This document shows positions 19,918-29,322 of a DNA stretch of 64,000 nucleotides, one piece after another. Where the stretch lies: positions 192,207 to 256,206 of the forward strand of contig CAZUTA010000002.1 in assembly GCA_964622975.1 (NCBI GenBank). The letters are read 5' to 3'. The notes under the pieces were generated by a model. That model was not told the origin of the DNA and did not search any database. It saw only the letters and a program-made list of their open reading frames with translations. The DNA is from an uncultured Bacteriovoracaceae bacterium. GTDB lineage: Bacteria > Bdellovibrionota > UBA2394. Both the position numbers and the translations under genes were made by a program. Each line of letters starts with the position of its first letter. Position 1 is the stretch's first letter.

Positions 19918-21066
19918 TTGATGAGTCAGCCTTTGGCCGAAAGATTGCGTCCCCAAAAGCTTGAGGACTGGGTAGGGCACTCTGAAGTGATGTCTCCGGG
20001 TTCGCCCGTGTACGACGCGATTGCCAAAGATAAACTTTTCTCGTTTATATTGTACGCCCCGCCCGGATCAGGGAAGACGAGTCTTTGCTTTCTCATCAAG
20101 CGCCTGACTAAAAACAGATTTGTCTCGCTGAGTGCAGTAACTGCGGGGGTCAAAGATGTGAAAGCGGTGATTGATGCCTCCATTTTATGGAAGAACTCTC
20201 AGCGTCAAGACACGATTGTATTTATCGATGAGATCCATCGATTTAGTAAGTCTCAGCAGGATGTGCTTCTGGGAGCCGTAGAGCGAGGCGAGATTATCTT
20301 GCTCGGCGCCACAACCGAAAATCCGAGTTACGAGATTAATTCAGCTCTCCTGTCTCGGGTCAGAGTTTTTCGGATGGAAGCTTTGACACAACTGGATCTG
20401 CTCGAAATTTTAAAGCGAGCGGTACAACTCCTCGATACCGAATATACTTTAGTCATTGAACCAGGAGCGCTTGAAGAGGTGGCCTCACTCTCCCAGGGAG
20501 ATGCGAGGGCCGCACTCAACGTGCTCGAAAGACTGGCGCCAGATGTTTCACTCGCTCGAGTTCGAAAAATATTTTCGCATCGTTCGGTTTATCACGATAA
20601 GCATGGAGACCTTCATCATCAGGTGGTCAGCGCGTTTATCAAGAGTATGCGAGCGGGCCAAACAGACGCTGCTCTTTATTACCTGGCGCGACTTTGGCTG
20701 GCTGGCGAGGACCCGCTTTATATTGCGAGAAGAATGGTCATTTTTGCGTCCGAAGATATTGGAAACGCAGATCTCAAAGCGATTGGGCTTATGAACGCCA
20801 TCAAATCGGCTGTTGAGTTTGTCGGGTATCCCGAATGTCACTATGCCCTTTCGCAGGGCGTGATTTATTTGAGCAAGGCCCCCAAATCTCGAGACGCGGG
20901 TGCGAGTTTTGATCATGCTCTCGCCCGAGCCAAGCAAACAGGTGCGGTTCCGCCGCCAAAGTTTTTAATGAATGCCAATACGTCTTTGGATCGAGACCTG
21001 GGCCGAGGGCGCCCCCGTCAAGAGGGAGAGTCTTTTCTGCCCGAACCTTCAGAGATCGAAAATTAG
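19918..21066 (+). CDS. rarA: replication-associated recombination protein A (AAA+ ATPase)
   Basis: Walker A PPGSGKTS, Walker B IVFIDEIHRF, RarA/MgsA-like C-terminal half; 382 aa. Confidence 0.85.
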   Translation: MMSQPLAERLRPQKLEDWVGHSEVMSPGSPVYDAIAKDKLFSFILYAPPGSGKTSLCFLIKRLTKNRFVSLSAVTAGVKDVKAVIDASILWKNSQRQDTIVFIDEIHRFSKSQQDVLLGAVERGEIILLGATTENPSYEINSALLSRVRVFRMEALTQLDLLEILKRAVQLLDTEYTLVIEPGALEEVASLSQGDARAALNVLERLAPDVSLARVRKIFSHRSVYHDKHGDLHHQVVSAFIKSMRAGQTDAALYYLARLWLAGEDPLYIARRMVIFASEDIGNADLKAIGLMNAIKSAVEFVGYPECHYALSQGVIYLSKAPKSRDAGASFDHALARAKQTGAVPPPKFLMNANTSLDRDLGRGRPRQEGESFLPEPSEIEN

Positions 21067-21126
21067 ATTGCCCTCCGCCAAGCAATCGAGCACAAATTGT
21101 CGGGCAGATCTTTGTTTGCGACAAAC

Positions 21127-21199
21127 GGGCGCTTAGCTCAGCTGGTAGAGCATCACCCTTACAAGGTGGGGGTCGTAGGTTCGAACCCTACAGCGCCCA
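21127..21199 (+). tRNA. tRNA-Val (anticodon TAC)
   Basis: Cloverleaf by eye: acceptor GGGCGCT/AGCGCCC, D-arm GCTC-AGCTGGTA-GAGC, anticodon stem TCACC/GGTGG with loop CTTACAA, T-arm GTAGG-TTCGAAC-CCTAC; CCA not encoded. Confidence 0.9.
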
Positions 21200-21218
21200 G
21201 ATTTTCTTGGGAGAAATA

Positions 21219-21614
21219 ATGCAAAAATTCGTCGTTTTGAGCCTCGCTGTTTTGACACTGACGGGTTGCGCTGCGCGCACCACTTCAAACAACACAAGAC
21301 CCAAAAATTCGGAACTTTCGGCGGCTCAGGTGCAAGGAGTCGTTCGTGCCCATCAAAAGGATGCGCAAGCTTGTTATGAACAGCATTTGCAGGTCACCAA
21401 AAAGCCTGCGGACTTTGTGCGATTGAAGGCGCAGTGGAAAGTGAATCTCAAAGGTCGCGCCTTTGATGTCGTCTTGGCCGAAGGCGAAGGAGTGGAAGAC
21501 TCTCTTTGGAAATGTCTCTCGGCAAAAATTCGAAAGTGGCAGTTTCCCAAACGGCCAACGGGGGAGCCCGCGCTGGTCACTTGGGGATGGACCTTTAAAT
21601 ATAACTCCAAATAG
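21219..21614 (+). CDS. lipoprotein with AgmX/PglI-type (TonB-C-like) C-terminal domain
   Basis: Lipobox LTGC; C-terminal domain has the CY...W.C...W.FP pattern recalled for the AgmX/PglI C-terminal domain; the ATG at 21219 with GGGAGA upstream is preferred over the TTG at 21207. Confidence 0.5.
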   Translation: MQKFVVLSLAVLTLTGCAARTTSNNTRPKNSELSAAQVQGVVRAHQKDAQACYEQHLQVTKKPADFVRLKAQWKVNLKGRAFDVVLAEGEGVEDSLWKCLSAKIRKWQFPKRPTGEPALVTWGWTFKYNSK

Positions 21615-21866
21615 TGAATCAATACTTTGGTTTGAGCCGACCGGCACTAACTTGAGCAGATATTGTCAATCTTGCTACGCAAATGCCGGGGAGGCTGTAC
21701 AAGGGCGAATGAGCCCCATTCCCGGCCCCCCCTGTCACTGTGCCCGTAAAGTGCGCACTTCAAGCAGTGTTCAGTGATTTGAGGCCTTAGACTTGCGATG
21801 TCAATGAGAGGGGCAGGACGAGGTTCTGTTTCTGAATAAACAAAAACATAGCGGGAGATAGATGAA

Positions 21867-22631
21867 ATGAAACTATTACGAACAACTAATCATGTTTTAA
21901 AAATGACCTGTCTTGCTGGGATCATGACGATCCAATCAATGACAGCAAAGGCATATTCTTTCGAAGGTGCATTGGATATTGGCGGTGATTCTGAAAACCA
22001 ATCGACTGTAACCTGTGATGCAGTACCGCAGACAAAAAATGGAAGGGGTCATGGAGATGCAGACTTCAAAATATCAATCGATTCACCGATTCAGATCAAT
22101 CAAAATATCTATACGGCGTGCACCACTAGGAAAAAAGATCTTTTGAACTCGCTCATAATTTATGGGGCACTTGGATTTGACCTTAGGTCCCATCCATCAG
22201 TTATCGAAGCACTTCAGACTGCAAAATCACAGGCTCTTATCAGCTTAGCGATAGCGCTTACCCCGGCAAGATTTCGAAACTCTGCACCGGTTTGTCAGGC
22301 ACCATCGTATCCTGGCAGTGATACCCGAACAGTCAAAGAAGGTCTTTGTCCCGGGGGCATTCCGCGCAAAGTTCCCGAGTCATTCTGTGACATTCGATCA
22401 GAGGATTTGCTTGAACTCGAGGAAGACGCGCGCATTCGCGGGGTCGAAACTGTTGAAAATAGCGTTAAATGCGAGACAAGGTTCAGCGGCCCCTCAGGGG
22501 ATGGGACATTAATGTGCGGATATTCTTGTACAGGCGAAATTTCGGGCGTCTCAATTCGGGGGGTAGCGGAAGTCACAGCCCGAGGGAAAGCATGTTTTCA
22601 AGCTAGCCCCGTTTGCGTTTCTGGGTGGTAG
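21867..22631 (+). CDS. cysteine-rich secreted hypothetical protein
   Basis: 254 aa with 13 Cys and an N-terminal signal-like segment; GGGAGA RBS 8 nt upstream. Confidence 0.4.
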   Translation: MKLLRTTNHVLKMTCLAGIMTIQSMTAKAYSFEGALDIGGDSENQSTVTCDAVPQTKNGRGHGDADFKISIDSPIQINQNIYTACTTRKKDLLNSLIIYGALGFDLRSHPSVIEALQTAKSQALISLAIALTPARFRNSAPVCQAPSYPGSDTRTVKEGLCPGGIPRKVPESFCDIRSEDLLELEEDARIRGVETVENSVKCETRFSGPSGDGTLMCGYSCTGEISGVSIRGVAEVTARGKACFQASPVCVSGW

Positions 22632-22743
22632 CTCGAACTGAAAGCTTGCAATCGATATTGAATCTCCGAAGGACCGGGCAGATTGGCTAGCCCGGTCTCT
22701 TTCGTTTGATAGAGAATAATTTTTCATCATCCCTAGTAGAGAT

Positions 22744-24099
22744 TTAGTACTGGGGTTTGAGCCGGCTGAGTTGCTCTTTGAACCGCTTCTGAAATTCTGG
22801 AGCCAAAACATCTGTGCAGACCGCATAGCGAAGCAAAGGATCTGCACTTCCATCCGGGTTTTGTCCGGTAAAGTGTACGCCGACGATTCCTGTCTCACTA
22901 ATAATCTTGCGATTGACGACTTCGGCGAGTGGAGTCTGAGTTTTTTTGGCTTCGGCTTCGAGGTCCAATCCCAAAATGGATTTGGGGCATTTCCAGAGTG
23001 TAAAAAATCCTGCGTCAGTTTGGCAGGCTTGTTCAAAGCCCGCCTCTTTGAGACTGGCAACAACGAACTCAATTCTCTGAGCATAAACTTGGGTGAGCTT
23101 AGTCAAAAGTTCCTGAGTGAGAGCCTCGTTCTTAAACAACTCCCCGTAGGCCGCCATGACGGAAGGGACCGGACCCGAGTCGGTATTGCCTTTAATCAAA
23201 ATAAAATCCTCGATAAAATCTTTGGTCCCTACCATCGCACCCAGTCGCGCTCCTGGATCGTTAAAGGATTTGCTGCAAGAAAACAGCTCGACCCATTCGA
23301 GATCCGGATAATCTTTGGCAATGCGCATCAGCGGTGTGTGGTGGGGCCCAGCAAGTCCCGTATAGGCACCGTCACAGACCAATCGAGCACCTGTTTCTAA
23401 GCAAACTTCGATCAGCGCTTTCCATTCTTCGGGGTTGGCTCCCACCGCCGCGGGATTGCCAGGGCGGATCACATGAATCATGTCCACTTTGCTGAGTTTG
23501 TTGTCTTTGAGAATCTGGCGGAGCAAAGGAATATTCATTCGCATATTGTCGCGCGAGAGCAGCGGCCATGGTATCCGGTGACTGGCGAGATAGGAGTTCG
23601 TCCACGTCCCGATCACATCATACGCAGGCAGATTTGAAACAACTCGCAGAGATTCACGACGACTTTTATCGGGCAGGTGAAGGCCGCAGGCGAGCGGCAA
23701 AAGTGCTGTGGCCGTCTTGATGCCGGCGATTGGCAGAGCTTTGAGGTGGGAGTAGTCACTCACTTTTAAATGGGTATGTGCTTTGACCATGCCCTCTGCA
23801 AACTGATTGATATTATTGTCCTCGGCATAGGTATGGAGCTCAAAGGCAGGATTGAGGGCAAAGCGAGACTGAAGTTCCAGAACTCGTGGATCCGGCACCC
23901 CATCTGGGTTTCCGAGGGAGAGATTGAGCGCAGAAAGTCCTGATTTTTCTTGGTATTCTCGGATCAAAATATAGATGAGCTGAAACAAATTGATGCCACT
24001 CGCGGGGATACGTCGACTCATGGTCAACGAATTATCAGAAGGTGCAAGCGCGGCAAGGATTTTAACTTGCGTCTCAGACGCGAGTCTTTTTAAGACCAT
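22744..24099 (-). CDS. PLP-dependent aminotransferase, class I/II fold
   Basis: SCSKSFNDPGARLGAMVG is the classic class-I aminotransferase PLP-lysine motif; 451 aa; the true start may be at an internal Met. Confidence 0.7.
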   Translation of the reverse strand: MVLKRLASETQVKILAALAPSDNSLTMSRRIPASGINLFQLIYILIREYQEKSGLSALNLSLGNPDGVPDPRVLELQSRFALNPAFELHTYAEDNNINQFAEGMVKAHTHLKVSDYSHLKALPIAGIKTATALLPLACGLHLPDKSRRESLRVVSNLPAYDVIGTWTNSYLASHRIPWPLLSRDNMRMNIPLLRQILKDNKLSKVDMIHVIRPGNPAAVGANPEEWKALIEVCLETGARLVCDGAYTGLAGPHHTPLMRIAKDYPDLEWVELFSCSKSFNDPGARLGAMVGTKDFIEDFILIKGNTDSGPVPSVMAAYGELFKNEALTQELLTKLTQVYAQRIEFVVASLKEAGFEQACQTDAGFFTLWKCPKSILGLDLEAEAKKTQTPLAEVVNRKIISETGIVGVHFTGQNPDGSADPLLRYAVCTDVLAPEFQKRFKEQLSRLKPQY

Positions 24100-24104
24100 T
24101 TCTT

Positions 24105-24623
24105 ATGTGTGGGATGCTTAGTTTTAGAACGACTATAGTTTTTTTGTTTTTGGGTGCCGTGAGCCCCCAGGTTTTTGCCAGAGACGAAGGGTGTCAGCAG
24201 TGGTTTCGATCATTTTTGGTGTCCACGAGTTACTTCAATCGCCTTCAAGATCATTTCCCTCCCGATATTGCCGCCAGATCTTATGGGCTCATAGGAGCCT
24301 CGAGGGGTGCCAAGCAGATGTTGATTCAAGGGGACGGAAGAAAATCCGTGAAATTTTACTGGGTGGTTGAGTCTATGGATTCACTCTTGTTTGAGAGACT
24401 CTCAAACTGGGACATCATCGACGCGGCTCTGTTTGGAACGTCTCTCAAGATCATCAAAGTGGAAGGCATCTTGGGCCAGATTCGTTCGGCGCTTGCTCAG
24501 AACACTGATAAACATGGTGTCGTGTGGATGGGACTGGATCTCAAAGGGGCGCATTCGTTTGTTCAGAAGCTTGATGGATGGTCTACGGCGACTTCGATTC
24601 GAGTCAACGAAACCTGGGAATGA
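24105..24623 (+). CDS. hypothetical secreted protein
   Basis: 172 aa with an N-terminal hydrophobic signal-like peptide (IVFLFLGAVSPQVFA). Confidence 0.35.
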   Translation: MCGMLSFRTTIVFLFLGAVSPQVFARDEGCQQWFRSFLVSTSYFNRLQDHFPPDIAARSYGLIGASRGAKQMLIQGDGRKSVKFYWVVESMDSLLFERLSNWDIIDAALFGTSLKIIKVEGILGQIRSALAQNTDKHGVVWMGLDLKGAHSFVQKLDGWSTATSIRVNETWE

Positions 24624-24747
24624 TCCATCTTTCGCAATGACACAAAATCACCTGCTGTACACTGGTTTGTTCTAATCTATAAGCCGTCCTTTGTTGTGGC
24701 ACTTTGTTTGCAAATGGATTTACCCAGTGCAAACGGAGGAGATCAAA

Positions 24748-25209
24748 ATGAAGTCTCGAGATATTTTGTGTTCGGCAGTGGCGATCATTTTTTTAGCGGC
24801 CTGTGGGGACGGAGAAGGATCCAGTATTCTCACCAATTCGACATCCCTTGAGGGGAGGTACTTTCAAGTCTTGGGTTCTTGTGATCAAAGTCTCGAAAGC
24901 CTGAAGGCCTCTCAAGCGCTTACGATTGTCGAACTCTTCATTTCTCGATCTGAAATTTCTACGAGTCTCGCCTTAGGGGATTGTCGATACTCCACGATAG
25001 GAAGCATTTACAATCTCACAAGCGAGAGTTTTGAATCTCGAATCAGTGCCGTGGATCAAACCGGCCTGAGTTGTGAAGGGGATTTGCCAAACATGGTCGG
25101 TGTCAAGACGCGCATCAGTTATCTACTTGTAGATAATATTCTTAAACTCACAGACGAAGAGGGTGATTGCATCGTCTATCGAACTCAAACAGCTCCAATC
25201 GGGACATAG
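24748..25209 (+). CDS. hypothetical lipoprotein
   Basis: Start at the internal ATG preceded by GGAGA; lipobox FLAACG; 153 aa. Confidence 0.4.
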   Translation: MKSRDILCSAVAIIFLAACGDGEGSSILTNSTSLEGRYFQVLGSCDQSLESLKASQALTIVELFISRSEISTSLALGDCRYSTIGSIYNLTSESFESRISAVDQTGLSCEGDLPNMVGVKTRISYLLVDNILKLTDEEGDCIVYRTQTAPIGT

Positions 25210-25970
25210 GCAGAGTAAACTCGTTCAAATGCTATGCTCGTGGGCTCGAAGTCTGCATCCAGCGGCTGCTGGCAAGGGATGGATTCCAAAATTTTGAGCT
25301 CGACTTCGATCGATCGCGACGCCAGTAAGCGCATGAGGTGAGGAAAAAACTTCATTTCTCCATAGTAAAAGATGACATCTCTCGATGTTTTGTTGACGTC
25401 TTCGCCATTGACCCGTCGATAGTTGAGACAAAGAGGGAGAACAGGAACTTGAGAGTGTTTTGCGGCGGCAAGGAGACCTCGTTTAAAGGGACGCAGACTT
25501 GAACCGTCTGTTGAAGTGGCTTCAGGAAAAATGACTATATTGAGGCCTTGTTTCAGGTTGCGCTTGAGGTCCCTGAGCTCTCGGCGAACCTGATGAGATC
25601 TTCTTCTTTCGACAAAAAAGCTCCCGCCATAAAGACATACCTTTCCGAGAAACGGCGTCTCCCGAACTTCCATCGATGTCACAAAGGCGGCTGGCATAAA
25701 CGCGGAGATCACCATGACATCAAGATAGGAGAGGTGATTGGAGGCGAGGACGTAGTTTGAAGATTGATTGAGGCTTTGTAAGGGGTCGCTCAGAGTGACT
25801 TGAATGCCAAGAATTTTGAGGGCTTCTCGGCTAGAACGCGAAAGCATACGTATCAAAAAATCTCGGCGATCATGCTCATCGTCAAACATCGAAAACGCAT
25901 AAAGGCCGTATGCAAAATGTTTCAAGATAAGTGTAGCGAGTTGAAAGGCTTTCCAGGTCGTTCTCAGCAT
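25185..25970 (-). CDS. lysophospholipid acyltransferase (PlsC family); putative OlsA-like O-acyltransferase
   Basis: HX4D motif NHLSYLD and FPEATS block typical of PlsC-family acyltransferases; immediately downstream of an OlsB-like gene. Confidence 0.75.
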   Translation of the reverse strand: MLRTTWKAFQLATLILKHFAYGLYAFSMFDDEHDRRDFLIRMLSRSSREALKILGIQVTLSDPLQSLNQSSNYVLASNHLSYLDVMVISAFMPAAFVTSMEVRETPFLGKVCLYGGSFFVERRRSHQVRRELRDLKRNLKQGLNIVIFPEATSTDGSSLRPFKRGLLAAAKHSQVPVLPLCLNYRRVNGEDVNKTSRDVIFYYGEMKFFPHLMRLLASRSIEVELKILESIPCQQPLDADFEPTSIAFERVYSAYVPIGAV

Positions 25971-26797
25971 ATTTGGTATTTCCTTTCGAATGATTCAGAG
26001 ATTTGCTTTGTATCGAGCACGGTCAGAAAATCGATACACTTAAAGGATCGATCGAGTGCGGGAGTCCCTGAAACTTTAGCCCCCGCTTTAAAGTAAGCAT
26101 GCAGCAAAGATGGAATGAGTTTTTCGATTTCAGAATCCTCAGTCGAGACAGATTCGGATTCGATGAGCGCATGAAGATTTGGAATTCGAAATCGGCCGAT
26201 GGGCTCTACGCCAAGGGTCTGCCGATCCATTTTGTCATTGAGGATCATCCACTTGGTGAGTCGCGCAATGATCACAGGATCCATGACTTTGATGCTGGCG
26301 CACCCAAACAAAAACTGAGACTGCGTCGCGGCGATGTATTTGGCGAGTCCTCTCCAAAGCAGAGTGATGGCAATTCCGGAGCGAAAGTCTTTGGCAGTAC
26401 ACGCTCGACCTAGTTCGAGTTTGTTTCCATCGAGGGCGAGAAGGGAATTCATCTTAAACTCTGACTCCGAATAAAACTCTTTGGTGAAGAGGCTGCTCAG
26501 GAGTCGGTAGGTTCCCACAATGCGTCGACTGTGCTTTTCGATAATCAATAAGTGGTCTGCATAAAAATCATATCGGTCGACATCGACGGTGATGGGAGAG
26601 CGTTTATGGAGCCCTTCCTTTAGAAAAACTTCATATCGCAGTCGTAAGACCTGAGAAAACTCGGATTCGGTTTCGGCTGTTTTGATGAGATAGCGGTCAG
26701 TTTCTAGGGCGATAGAAACTTTGGGCTCAAATCTCTTTGTGCGAGCTTGATGGGCTCGCAACTTGATAAGAGCTGGATCAAATATTCTGTGAAACAT
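25964..26797 (-). CDS. GNAT-fold N-acyltransferase, OlsB-like (ornithine/amino-acid lipid N-acyltransferase)
   Basis: 277 aa; the N-terminal region (RLRYEVFLKEG...) resembles the hemolysin-like N-acyl amino acid synthase/OlsB family; overlaps the PlsC-like gene by 7 nt. Confidence 0.6.
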   Translation of the reverse strand: MFHRIFDPALIKLRAHQARTKRFEPKVSIALETDRYLIKTAETESEFSQVLRLRYEVFLKEGLHKRSPITVDVDRYDFYADHLLIIEKHSRRIVGTYRLLSSLFTKEFYSESEFKMNSLLALDGNKLELGRACTAKDFRSGIAITLLWRGLAKYIAATQSQFLFGCASIKVMDPVIIARLTKWMILNDKMDRQTLGVEPIGRFRIPNLHALIESESVSTEDSEIEKLIPSLLHAYFKAGAKVSGTPALDRSFKCIDFLTVLDTKQISESFERKYQIC

Positions 26798-26806
26798 CGC
26801 TCGAAT

Positions 26807-26834
26807 CCCCCTTTATCCTCAATTGTAAAGGGGG
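26807..26834 (-). promoter_or_regulatory. 9-bp-stem hairpin overlapping the predicted Shine-Dalgarno of the olsB-like gene
   Basis: CCCCCTTTA-(10 nt)-TAAAGGGGG, a perfect inverted repeat 9 nt upstream of the ATG; the minus-strand AGGGGGA SD lies inside the 3' arm. Confidence 0.3.
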
Positions 26835-26902
26835 TGTGAGAGCGCTTCCGCTCAAGGTTTCATCAATATGATTAAGCTCAAGTCAAGGTTTCGCCATGCG
26901 GC

Positions 26903-27331
26903 TTAAGCGGGAAGCTTGCAAACGAGTGTGCGAGATTCGTCTTGGAACAAAACATCCATTCGATCAGGATGAATCAATTTTAAAACCACCCCTCGTCCAA
27001 ACTTGATATGGTCGATGAGATCATCGACCTCAAAGGCCGCGTCAATTCGGTAGGGCTTAGGAGACTTCATCACCAACGCTCTCAGTTTTTGTTGATAGAG
27101 ATCGGGATGAGCGCCCACGACTTTGGTGCGAGTGATGGCGCGAGGTGTGGGACGGTCACTACCGCCTGACAATCGTGGGGCTTTGTAGTTTCTTTCGCTC
27201 TTACAGGTATTACAACGAACTCGTGCAGGCTGGCCTCCAGTCACAGCAATGACGGTGTGCCAAAGATCGAGTTCGCAGCGGGGGCAGTGATATTTGATTT
27301 CGGAACCGGCTTTGTGGGGCTGAGTGGCCAT
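26903..27331 (-). CDS. zinc-ribbon domain hypothetical protein
   Basis: 142 aa; CPRC...CNTC four-Cys ribbon at the N-terminus and an unrecognised C-terminal domain. Confidence 0.4.
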   Translation of the reverse strand: MATQPHKAGSEIKYHCPRCELDLWHTVIAVTGGQPARVRCNTCKSERNYKAPRLSGGSDRPTPRAITRTKVVGAHPDLYQQKLRALVMKSPKPYRIDAAFEVDDLIDHIKFGRGVVLKLIHPDRMDVLFQDESRTLVCKLPA

Positions 27332-27403
27332 GTAATGACCTTTAAGCCGATGCCTTCAAATCATTGCAAGTCCATTTGAAGACGTATTGAATGAGAGCGC
27401 TTT

Positions 27404-28564
27404 ATGGTTTCTCCTCACCTCCTTCGACCCGCGATGGCAGAGCTTTCTCGTCGTGCTCTTGCACATAACCTGGGCAAGGTGCGGGAGCAGATTCGAGCGC
27501 AAACGAGGCTTCATCGTTCTGACACAGCTGTGATGGCGATTGTGAAGGCCGATGCCTATGGCCACGATATGCAGCTCATATTGCCCGAGCTCAAGCGCCA
27601 AGGGGTCAAACACTTTGCCGTGGCGACCCTTGAAGAGGGCATCGAGGCTCGTAAGCTTTCTTCAACCAGTGAGATTCTGGTTTTAGGAGGAACGTTTGAA
27701 TGGACTCCTCGGACGATCGAAACCATCAAAAAATTCCGGCTCAAGATATCCGTCAATGATCTTCAAGCGCTCAAAATTCTTTTGCCCCATAAGACGATTC
27801 CTCTCCATCTCAAGCTCGATTCTGGGATGAATCGCTTGGGCCTTAAGCCGGATGTTTGGCCAGAGGCCCTCCAATTGCTTTCGCAGAATCCTCGTCGACT
27901 TGAGGGGCTCCTCACGCACTACGCGACGTGTTCGGATGCAATTTTTCATCGCCAGGTTCGCATTTTTGAAGAGGGTTTGCGCTGGTTTTGGTCCGAAGGC
28001 GTGCGTCCTCATTATGTTCACACCGAAAACTCCGCGGCTCTCTTTGGTTCCAATCGAGTTTCAAAAGGACTGATGAGTGAAGTCGCCAATCTCGTCAGAC
28101 CTGGCCTTGCACTGTATGGATATCTTCCCAATGGCATTAAGGATCGATGGGGCCTGAAGCCGGTTTTGGAACTCGTTTCTGAAGTGGGGCTGGTGAAGAA
28201 GGCAGCGCTCGGCGAGGGGATTAGTTACAGTCACTTGTACAAACCCAAAAAGTCGGAGACCTATGGGGTTGTCCCTTTGGGTTATGCCGATGGGATTTCA
28301 AAAATCTATCGTTCTCATCTGCATCCGGATTGGAGAGCAAAAAGCGGAAAGCGTAAAGGTTCATTGATCGTTTGCGGCGCGATTTGTATGGATATGGTGA
28401 TGGTGCGGGCCAAGGGTGGAGATCTAAAGAGGGGCGATCGAGTCGCCTTTTGGGGACGGTTTCCCAACTCACTTCTTCAATCCAATATCGTAGAAGCCTA
28501 TGAGCTCAATCTTCGAATCGCCAAACGCATTCCTCGTCTTTGGATCAAAGAGGCTCGCCGATGA
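27404..28564 (+). CDS. alr: alanine racemase
   Basis: PLP-lysine motif AVMAIVKADAYGHD; 386 aa. Confidence 0.9.
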   Translation: MVSPHLLRPAMAELSRRALAHNLGKVREQIRAQTRLHRSDTAVMAIVKADAYGHDMQLILPELKRQGVKHFAVATLEEGIEARKLSSTSEILVLGGTFEWTPRTIETIKKFRLKISVNDLQALKILLPHKTIPLHLKLDSGMNRLGLKPDVWPEALQLLSQNPRRLEGLLTHYATCSDAIFHRQVRIFEEGLRWFWSEGVRPHYVHTENSAALFGSNRVSKGLMSEVANLVRPGLALYGYLPNGIKDRWGLKPVLELVSEVGLVKKAALGEGISYSHLYKPKKSETYGVVPLGYADGISKIYRSHLHPDWRAKSGKRKGSLIVCGAICMDMVMVRAKGGDLKRGDRVAFWGRFPNSLLQSNIVEAYELNLRIAKRIPRLWIKEARR

Positions 28565-29316
28565 GTTTAGTGCTCAAGACTCAAGTTTTTTTTGCGGAGC
28601 TCGGTGGCTTCATTGTGACGTTTGTCGACGGCGTCAGAGCGGTTTTTACCCGGCCGTTTAGAGGCAAAATGATTTTTAAAGAAATGGAAAGCATCGGAGT
28701 CAATTCGAGCTTTATTATTTTGCTGACGGGTCTGTTTACTGGTGCGGTCTTGGCTCTTCAGAGCGGAAAGGCTTTTCGTCTACTCAATGCTGAAGGAATC
28801 ACAGGAGCTGTTGTGGCGCTCTCCTTATTTAGAGAGCTAGGTCCAGTCATGTCGGGTCTCATGGTGGCGGCTCGCTGCGGAAGTGCGATGGCTGCGCATA
28901 TCGGCACCATGCGAGTCACTCAGCAGATTGATGCTCTCGAAGTCATGGCCGTTGATCCCGTGAGCTATCTCATTATGCCTCGGATCATGGCGTCTTTTAT
29001 GATGCTGCCGCTCCTCAATATTCTCTTCAATGTCGCAGGGATTTTTGGATCTTATGTCATTGGTGTGGGACTACTCGAAATCAATGAGGCTACTTTTTTT
29101 GACAAGATGCAGACCTATGTCAAAGACGAGGATTTGTGGAATGGTCTCGTCAAAGCTGCGGCCTTTGGAATCATTGTGGCCGTCGTCGGGTGCCGTAAGG
29201 GATTTTTGACGGGTGGCGGAGCCGAAGGAGTGGGGCGCGCGACCACCGAAGCTGTGGTGATTTCCTCAGTGACAATTTTGGTGGCGGATTATTTCTTAAC
29301 GGCGCTGATGTTTTAA
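28561..29316 (+). CDS. mlaE: MlaE-type ABC transporter permease
   Basis: Polytopic permease with the MlaE-like pattern; the start is preferred at an ATG overlapping the alr stop (ATGA); followed by mlaF and mlaD. Confidence 0.8.
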   Translation: MSLVLKTQVFFAELGGFIVTFVDGVRAVFTRPFRGKMIFKEMESIGVNSSFIILLTGLFTGAVLALQSGKAFRLLNAEGITGAVVALSLFRELGPVMSGLMVAARCGSAMAAHIGTMRVTQQIDALEVMAVDPVSYLIMPRIMASFMMLPLLNILFNVAGIFGSYVIGVGLLEINEATFFDKMQTYVKDEDLWNGLVKAAAFGIIVAVVGCRKGFLTGGGAEGVGRATTEAVVISSVTILVADYFLTALMF

Positions 29317-29322
29317 GGGAGT

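Noticed and set aside
21207-21218. Upstream TTG start for the AgmX/PglI-domain lipoprotein
   Set aside because: The ATG at 21219 has a GGGAGA SD and gives a canonical lipoprotein signal peptide; the TTG start would begin 8 nt after the tRNA.
22551-23084. 177-aa minus-strand ORF in an alternative frame of the class-I aminotransferase gene
   Set aside because: It overlaps the aminotransferase reading frame, which carries the SxSK PLP motif; an alternative frame cannot be real.
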